Assembly: GCA_016748015.1 (NCBI GenBank)
Contig: JAAOMT010000525.1
Location: 186,001 to 250,000, forward strand
Length of the DNA stretch: 64,000 nucleotides
Origin: Geosiphon pyriformis uo1
Lineage: Eukaryota > Fungi > Glomeromycota
Direction: 5' to 3'
The translations under genes were made by a program, and so were the position numbers. The notes below the pieces were generated by a model. It was given only the letters and a program-made list of their open reading frames with translations. It had not been told where the DNA came from and did no database searches. Within the stretch, counting starts at the first letter, position 1, and each line of letters opens with the position of its first letter. Shown piece by piece: positions 55,453-64,000 of the stretch.

Positions 55453-55972
55453 ATATATTGAGTAGCTTCTTTTTATCAAGATTATTTGTTCATTTTTAAA
55501 CAAAGAAATTGGAAATATTTTCTTTAACAGATTACATATTTATTTATTATTATCTGTTCCCAATAATATGTGAAAGAAGAAAAGAAGAGAAGTAACATAA
55601 ATTGAGAATTTGATAGATTCTATTAGAAAAAAAGAGCAAACTATCTCTATACTTTTCATTCTCAAATATAAATCTTCTATAGTATAATAATAATCATCTA
55701 TTAATACCTTTTAAAATATTTAAATGTCATGAAAAATTAAAAATCATGAGTGAGAAACGTTTTGCTTGTAAAAATGATTTAAAAAAAAAGGGCTTTCATT
55801 AGAGTTGTGAAAAATTTAAAAGATATTCATGATAAAAGTACACAGATCAAATGTTAAGTGGGTGGGTGAGTGGGTGAGTGAGTGAGTGAGTGGGTGAAGA
55901 TGTATACTAATCTCTGAGGAAAAAATTTACATCGTCTATTCTACTACTATTATAATTACCCATTCTTTATAA

Positions 55973-56644
55973 TCAATAATTACCATTACCATTACCACTA
56001 CCATTATTATCTCCTTTATTAGCATTTCCATTATAGCCTCCATTGTCACTACCTACGTTCTTGATTCCATTAGTATTACCATTATAACTTCCCTTATTAC
56101 CGTTTCCATTTACAATTCCATTACGATCTCCGACATTATATATACCATTGATGTTGCCGTTATAACTTCCTTGATTGTAGTTTCCATTTAGAACTCCATT
56201 ATAATTTCCCTTATTATATATGCCATTGTCGTTGCCGTTATAACTTCCGACATTGTAGTTTCCATTTAGAATTCCATTATAATTTCCCTTATTATATATG
56301 CCATTGTTGTTGCCGTTAAAATCTCCCTTATTGACGTTTCCGTTTCCAACTCCATTATAATTTCCCCAATTAGCAATGCCATTGTTGTTGCCGTTATAAT
56401 CTCCCTTATTGGCGTTTCCATTAACGTTACCATTACCATTGCCATAATTTTCCACGCCATTACTGTTGCCATTGTGACTTCCTGTGTTTTCGTTTCCGTT
56501 TACGTTTCCATTACCACTGCCAACATTGCCATTGCCATTGCCATTTCCGTTATCATTGCTTCCTGAGGTGCTTCCTGAGGTTGGGTATCCGAAAACGAAG
56601 GAGGAACTGAGAAACAAGGTGATGAGAGTGATAAATTTCAACAT
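55973..56644 (-). CDS. Secreted Asn/Gly 13-mer repeat protein, paralogue D (223 aa)
   Basis: Signal peptide MLKFITLITLFLSSSFVFG, 14 full plus one partial NGxxNGxxNxGxx repeats, no KR site. TATAAAAG at 56798-56805. Confidence 0.92.
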   Translation of the reverse strand: MLKFITLITLFLSSSFVFGYPTSGSTSGSNDNGNGNGNGNVGSGNGNVNGNENTGSHNGNSNGVENYGNGNGNVNGNANKGDYNGNNNGIANWGNYNGVGNGNVNKGDFNGNNNGIYNKGNYNGILNGNYNVGSYNGNDNGIYNKGNYNGVLNGNYNQGSYNGNINGIYNVGDRNGIVNGNGNKGSYNGNTNGIKNVGSDNGGYNGNANKGDNNGSGNGNGNY

Positions 56645-57377
56645 TTTGATTAATTTTTTGATGAGGTTTTTTCGAATTTTTTTAAATGGGATAGATAGAT
56701 TTTTTGGTGCTTTGATTGATTGATTGATTGATTGATTGGATTAAAAACCTCGTTTAGTTGATTGATGAAAGAAAATTTCAAGGGTGAAAGGGTGAGCCTT
56801 TTATAGTGAAACGTATCTCAAATTTTTCAAATTTAAACTTTAGTTTTTTATTTCAAAAACTAATATTATTTGTTGATTTCTCCCTCGTCAGTAAACATTT
56901 GATCAATATCTTTCTCTTCATTTGAGAAACAATTAATTTTTAAAATTCCATAAACCTCAATCCAAAGAATTTTCGACCTTTTTTTGAAAATCGCTGCCAA
57001 ATTAAAAAGTAATTCAGGGTCGTATCGGTCACAATTTCTTTTCCAAGAATGCTTGTGAATAATCGAATTACCTTATCACCATCTAATAATAATGATGATG
57101 ATATTAGAGTTTTTTGACTACATGAATATTCTATTAAATAGTGAGATCAGCTCTAAACAATTTAATAGAACGTGCTTCTTCTTTTTTTTTTTTTTTTTTT
57201 GGAGGGAAGAGCTTTGCCTAAAAAAGAGTAGATTTTTAATGATGACATGACTAAATATAAATATAATTTAAAAGATATTTTAGATTTCAAGGGATTAGAT
57301 TAAAAAGCCAAACTATTCGATGGAATTCTATGATTAATTTCCTGATTTATGATTTAATTTTAGTGTAAGAAGATGAC

Positions 57378-57447
57378 AATGATAATGATGATGATGATGA
57401 TGATGATAATGATGATGATAATGATGATGATTATTATTATTATTATT
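57378..57447. repeat. (GAT)n then (TAT)n microsatellite
   Basis: Direct read. Confidence 0.9.
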
Positions 57448-57902
57448 AATTAGTGTAGAAATTTACAACTTCGTATATTTTTTCGGGAGATCATATTGAG
57501 GTTTTATTATATTTTTTGTCGGACACACACATTGAAGTTGATTTCCTTGTGGGGTTCTCAAAATTAACGTTTTAAATATATGCAGTTTCATTTTTAAAAC
57601 GAAATTTCAAAAAAAAACAATTAACCGACTAAAGAGATTTCTCTTGCTGAACTTCTTTGGGTTCCAGGCTTTTTTTATTTTACAAAAAGCTTTGTAATCA
57701 TGCCCCAAAATTCAGTTTATTGTCAACAAATCCACACATAGAATAGATGTCAATTTTGAAATGGCATCATATTTAATTCTTTGTTTAAGATTCATCATAC
57801 CTTCTGAACAAGGTCATTTTTCATTAGAAAATACATTTTAAAAAATAAAAGACCTAATGCTACTGCAAACTATTGATGAAAAAGGATATCAAAAGTGAGA
57901 TT

Positions 57903-57936
<34 letters not shown>

Positions 57937-58577
57937 TTGAAATTGATGTGGAATTCGGCGCTTGGCTCGCTTTGTTTTCAATCAATTTTCTAATTATTGA
58001 AGGCTTTCTAGAATATTCTTTAATATAAATCCAGTTAATTATTATAGAACATCAAATAGAAATAGATTGAGGTGGTCAAGTTTGCAAATATTTAAAAATC
58101 GATCAATGAGGTTGAGCTTGATAGAAAATAAGGCTTTAGATGCATGGTAAATAAAGAAGTGACTTTTGTCAATCTGTTCTGAGTTTCTTTGGATGGAAGC
58201 TCTATCAAAATTTTGATTAAGTTTTATAAATATATAACAAGATATTAATATTAACGAAGCTCTTTTACGGGTTCACTTTATTTATTCATGAATATATTAT
58301 TTATTTATTTATTTATTTTTAAATATAACCTTGCGATTTGAAATATAAATTTGAAAAGAAAAAATATATTTTTACACATTGGTCAGAAATTGTATCATCA
58401 TCATGTGTTACATTTTTAGAAATATTATGAATATAGCTAGACTTGAGGTACATCTTATGCAAAAGAATTAAAAGATACAAAAATGTCAAGAACTAACAAA
58501 GAGAATTAATTTTTCGAACAATAACAAATAATCAAAGGAAAATTCTTTTGTTTCCTTTTTTTATTTTTGTTTTTATT

Positions 58578-58645
58578 TTTTCTATTTTTCTATTTTCTAT
58601 TTTCTATTTTCTATTTTCTATTTTCTATTTTCTATTTTCTATTTT
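58578..58645. repeat. (TTTTCTA)n tandem repeat
   Basis: About 9 copies, direct read. Confidence 0.9.
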
Positions 58646-59507
58646 AACTAATTTTCTGAATTTCTGAATTTCATCTAATAAACTTGGCGTTTGCAAGGTA
58701 TGATGATTTGAACGTAAGAAAAAAATAATAATTTAATCAGGAATAAAACTTTTATATTTTTTTAAAAAAAAGAGGATTTTTTGCTCAATTTATCTAGATA
58801 ACTTGAATAAAAAATTATCAAAAGTAAAAAGTTTATTCTATGTTATTTATTTAAAATATTTTTGAATCAAAGAGCTATTGAATGTTTGATTATTTGCGGT
58901 TCAAACATTTTTTTGGAATATCAAGTTTGGGAATGTTTCGATCAAACTATCTTTATTTTGGTAGGATACTTCATCAAAAGTGGGTTTTTTTTGTTTCTTT
59001 ATTTGTTTATTTATTTATTTATTTATTTATTTATTTGTTTGTTTGCTTGTTTGTTTTAATAAACAAAGGTTTTTAACCAATTCAGAATTTCGCTAACCTT
59101 TTTAAGACATTTTCGATTTTTTTAATAGTTTCACAGGGGAAAGTTCTCTTTGATAGGATTGGACAATATTAAAAAAGGTGGTCAAATATTTTTAAAAAAA
59201 CGAAATTTATTTTCGATTGATTTCCTACCAAAATTGGGTTCGTCATTTAGTTTTTTAATTAAAAAAAAAGAGTTTTTTATATTTTCTCATTTCTGTTCCA
59301 TAATTATGTTTTTATTATATCCCTGATTTAGTTAGGGTATCAGTAATATTCTAAATTGTCTTTCCTGGTTTTTATTTAAATTTTCCAAAAAATGAAAATT
59401 TTTATGGTCCCCTCCCGCCAAACCAATCACTGGATTTAATTTAATTTAATTTATTAAAACAATCAAAAAAGTAAAAAGAGAAACAATTTGTGATATAGTT
59501 TTGAAAT

Positions 59508-59548
<41 letters not shown>

Positions 59549-59696
59549 GACTTTCCTTAAAAGATTGGAAACGTACAAGAGGAAGTTCTAAAAACGCTTG
59601 TTAATCTATTTAAGATATTTCAAAAACGCGGTTAAAGAATAATCTTTTTTTCTTGAATCATTGTCAAAAAATTAAAGAGAAAAAAAAATCGTAAAT

Positions 59697-59698
<2 letters not shown>

Positions 59699-59726
<28 letters not shown>
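59699..59726. repeat. (CT)n microsatellite
   Basis: Direct read. Confidence 0.95.
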
Positions 59727-59728
<2 letters not shown>

Positions 59729-60364
59729 TATTTATTATTTTCTATAAGGAATTTCCTTTTGAAACGAAAAACTTGAAAAAAATCTTTATTGTTGTTTTTA
59801 TTAATTGAATACAAACTTTTAATCTCTTTTGATGACGAATATTCTTTCTTCAAGTTTTCATATCTTTTAATATTTTTACCAAATTAAACTTTTTCGTCTA
59901 GCACAACATTTAAACTTTTACGTTAGATTCTAAATTTCAATTGTACATATGTATTTTATAGTTTTTATCTCGAGAACTTTCATAGAATTCTTAGAAACCT
60001 TGTATGGCTTATCATTTAAAGATCGTTTGTCTTTAATGTTTCATTTCATATCGCTCGTCTTTTGTAATCATTCACCTTTACTAGTCGTCAATGATTTCTT
60101 TATAAATTCTTTAGAATATTCCATGTAAAACCAACTTAAGAAGATAAGATAATTAGTTGTCACGTAATTATTTTTCTTACTTTCCTTTCCAATTTAAAAA
60201 TCAAGACTTTCTGGGACTTTTTCAGCTTTTAAAGCGTGAAAAAATAAATAAAGAGAGTGATATTTTTGCTAAAATTTGGCTCTAGTTTAAAACCGCACAA
60301 ATCTCTTGTCAAGTTTAAACGATCAAAATTTTTGTTTTGTCTCTCAAATTTATAAATTCTTTAC

Positions 60365-60420
60365 TCATTTCGTTTCATTTCGTTTCATTTCATTTCGTTT
60401 CGTTTCATTTCATTTCGTTC
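60365..60420. repeat. (TTTCR)n pentamer repeat
   Basis: Mixed tttca/tttcg units, direct read. Confidence 0.9.
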
Positions 60421-62478
60421 AAACAAAAGGTCGTATTGAAAAATATTACCGATCTGATCAAAGCTTTATTTATGATTAATATTTCAAAAATTCATAAAGT
60501 TGAAAAGGAATTTTGACAATCCTAAAGTATTTGATTTTTTCAAGTTTTAGTTGTCTCAAACGACGTATCAAAATATCTTTTCTTTGAATTTATCCTTCTA
60601 GGAATGGAGTAAGCAGATATTGAAAATGTTTTTAGAAAATTTCTTTCTTTGACAAAAACCAAAAAGAGGTGAACGGCTTCTCTTGTGAATATGGATAAAT
60701 TATAACAGTGATCGTATAATAAGAAAATTGCTACATAGCGCATATTCCAATTCTGTCCTACTTACAAGTATCTTTGAAAAATTAGTAACAAAATTTAAAT
60801 CCTAATTCTAATCAACACTCTTATAGAACAGTGATCAAAAGGGAAAGTGAAAGTAATATTTTTTAAAATGAACAAACACAACTTGAGGGTATTTTATCAA
60901 TAGAAAACAATTCATAAACTTAAAAAACCCATTTTTAATTATAACGCGATCAACTTTTGATTGATGAATTCGGTGACTTTCAAAGTTTGTCCCTTCTGAT
61001 TATAAAATTTCAAGTTGGTCATAATCTTTACAAACTAATTTGTATTTTCATAATATATTTTCCAGATTTATGATTGATTTATGTATTTATAATAATTTAA
61101 ATATTCTCACTTAAAGATTTTATACATCTTTAATATTTTTTTTTAGTGGAATCTCAATTACTGAATTGATTATAATAATTGGTCAAGTTAAATAATCTTT
61201 AGATTGTTTATATATAGTGAGTGGATGCAAAATTACATAAAATCAATCATAAACAATTTTTTAATTGATTTATTGATTATTATTATTATTATTATTTATA
61301 ATTGAAATCTTTAACAAAACTGAAAATTTTCTAATTTTAATCATTAATGAATTAGTTTAAAGAAAAATTTATATATACTTTCAACAAATATAATTTTAGT
61401 ATTTTTAATAATAATATTTAAAAAATATGAAAATAATAATTGATTTTTTTCTTTTTAATAACATCAAATAAGCTATTAATATAAAGACATGAAAATTTTC
61501 AGAAATCAATATAAAAAACTTTTTTTTATTTGTTTAGATTTTCATGTGATCTAAAAGAAAAATTTTTAATAATCATAAATACAAGCTTAAATCATTTTTT
61601 TTTTATATTTTATTTAAAACCAAAAATACTATAAATATTTAATATTGAATATTCTAAAGATTTTCTTTGAAATTTTTTATGCATTAATTCTTTGTGTTAC
61701 TTTAAATTTTGAACTAAAAAAAGTCGATATCCGTCCAAAAATCTATCGTTATTTGCTTTTCAAGTGATGGTTACTTTTTGAAAATAAACAGAGTTAATTT
61801 TTTGAGAAACTGATCAATTGCGTGAAACATTTGAAAAAAAAAAAAGAGAAAAGAAAAGAAAAGAAAAGCAAAGCACATGATGATTTTAATACTTTTGAGC
61901 CCTATCTGCAGGAGATTAAGCCCCGAATTTACTTTTGTCTCATTCATGCATGTAGATGATTGATATTAAAATTGATGGTTACAGAGTCTATAAGAATCGT
62001 TCTATTGATCTTGAATCAATGATTGTAAGGAGTTCTCTATTTTTGCTTTGGCGTTTTTACTCAAAACAAGTAAAATAATAACTTTTTAAACGGTTTAAGA
62101 AAATCTCATTAGTAGTCTTAAACTGTTAATTTTAATGGTTAATGTTAATGTTGATGTTGGTTTTTTTGTTTTTGTTATGTTGCTCTTGTTGTTGTTGATT
62201 GAAAAATTGATAAAATTTTCAAGTATAAAAATCTTTTAAAAGGCTTACTATTAAATTCAGATCCCCTTCACACATAAAACTCTATTTATCCCTTTTATAA
62301 CGCGATATCTGAAAACCAGTTTTTTTTCAAAGGTTTTTTTATAGTGTCTTCAAATAAGTTGTTTTCATTCAATTTTATTTTTCGTAAAAAAAAAAACTCC
62401 CGTATTACGAAATCTTAAGAGTTTGAAATTTGATTGTTAAAATACTAATATTTTTTAAAATAAATTCATAGCTTCATA

Positions 62479-63592
62479 ATGACACCAACCTTAGACATGA
62501 ACGTAGTTCCTATAATAATGAAATACCTACGTCCAAAAGATCTTTACGCTTGTACTCTAGCCAGCAGACAACTTTGCAAAATAGCAATACCAGTACTTTG
62601 GGAGTCACCATTTGGGAAATCATTTTCCAGAAATATTGACGTATTTCTTTGCTATCTGGGTTTCTTAAAAGATCAAGAATTACAAGATATACTTCGAAAA
62701 TTTAATATACCAGAATTAAAAGCCAAGCACATGTTTACCTCCAATCGACCATTATTCGATTACCCATCATTTATCAGGGAGCTTCATTTCAATGCATTTT
62801 TCTTGGTCGGAAGTTTTTTAGAGGATAGAGGGTACCGATGCGATTCTGATATTGACATTTATCCAAACGAGTTGATTCATTTGGTTCTAAAGATTTTTAA
62901 AAGACGACGTGTAAGGTTCAATTCTTTCTTAATTAGCGAGAACTCGCAAAAGTTTTATTCGGAGGATTTTCAAATTTTAGAGGATTATCGGTATGCGAAA
63001 TTATTTGCTTCGGTTAAATCGGTTGTTATCGAACGAGTTTTTTATCCAAATCCTTTGATTGAGGTCAAGAGAGTATTCAGTAATTTGGTAAATAAAATGA
63101 AAAAAGAAAAATTTATTTTTTTCTTCAATTTTTGTTGATTGATTTTATGTTAATTTTATAAATTTTTTTTTCTAGGAACATATCGAAATCTGGTTTCGTC
63201 CATTATACACGATTGACCTTATCGATTCTGGGGTAGAACAAATTTGTAACTTTATTGAATCTCAAAAACAATTAATCAGTTTTCGAATTTTCGGTTTAGT
63301 GGATTGGACCTGGGAAATTTTCGAAGCGATCTCGAAACATTCGAATTCTTTGAGATATTTAGAGTTTGATTTAGTTAATTTTCGTGATTGTACACCCGAG
63401 GATTGGCGTGTTATTGTTAAATGTCAGAAATTACGTAAATTAGTGATTACAGATTATGAAAATATTGACGAGGATTGTGCGCGAGAATTACATTCGGGAG
63501 AATTTTTATCCTTGGAAAAGATTAATATTACCAATAAATTATTCAACCGATGTCGAACTTTGGAAGATTGGGTTGAATCGAGAAAGAGGTGA
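62479..63592 (+). CDS. F-box-like / RNI-like leucine-rich-repeat protein (~341 aa, 2 exons)
   Basis: N-terminal F-box-like IMKYLRPKDLYACTLASRQLCKIAIPVLWESPF plus PLFDYPSFIRELHF. Intron 63088-63175 (gt...ag) keeps the frame. LRR-like SLRYLEF, KLRKLVI, SLEKINI. The stop overlaps a possible AG/GTGAGT donor, so a further exon is possible. Confidence 0.85.
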
Positions 63593-64000
63593 GTATGAAG
63601 ATCCAAATATTGTTGGATGGGTTCTTTTTTGTTTTGTTGTTTTTTTTTTTGTATTTTTGTATTTTTTTTTTAAGAAAAAATTGTTTTTATCAAATCCATT
63701 ATATCCAAAAGTAATATTAATAGATTTAAAATAATTCTAAATTAAATAATTAATTTAAAACAATAGGGTTTAAAGGTAAAAAGGCCGAATTTAAATATGG
63801 TAAGAAATTAAGCCTTTTCTCTTTTCAAATAAAACTATTTATTTTTGGATAACTCATATCTAAATAAATACCAAGTTTATTTTCAAAATATGTAAAATTC
63901 AATAATATTACCATAGAAATATTTCGTAAACCATTCAGACTATTGTTTATATTTTGATCCTAGGCTTGGGAATAAGAATATTTCCAAAAATATGTATATT

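Noticed and set aside
57129-57170. 11-bp inverted repeat ttctattaaat...atttaatagaa
   Set aside because: Expected by chance in AT-rich DNA; no TSD or other support.

Overview
Very AT-rich eukaryotic (fungal) DNA with GT-AG introns. The F-box/RNI-like gene style and retroelement content suggest a Glomeromycotina/Mucoromycota fungus, possibly Geosiphon-like; this is inference only. About 1-28,300 and 40,600-48,500 are transposon graveyards. They contain one nearly intact LINE (18321-25220; ORF1 RRM+CCHC; ORF2 APE-RT-RNase H-zinc finger; 12-bp TSD) inserted inside an older relative, at least four AT-decayed copies of that family, a 5'-truncated CpG-rich LINE tail, a decayed hAT element and an internally deleted Tc1/mariner; a second Tc1 remnant lies near 32.5-33.4 kb. 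The host-gene part holds a small 107-aa ORF, a 4-exon multi-pass membrane protein and a 2-exon F-box-like gene. The most notable feature is a cluster of four co-oriented minus-strand genes for secreted proteins built from a strict 13-residue NGxxNGxxNxGxx repeat. One is a polyprotein with at least 17 Lys-Arg (Kex2-type) sites, predicted to release 57-aa Asn/Gly modules plus short Tyr-terminated and acidic peptides. An 840-N assembly gap (35801-36640) truncates that gene.
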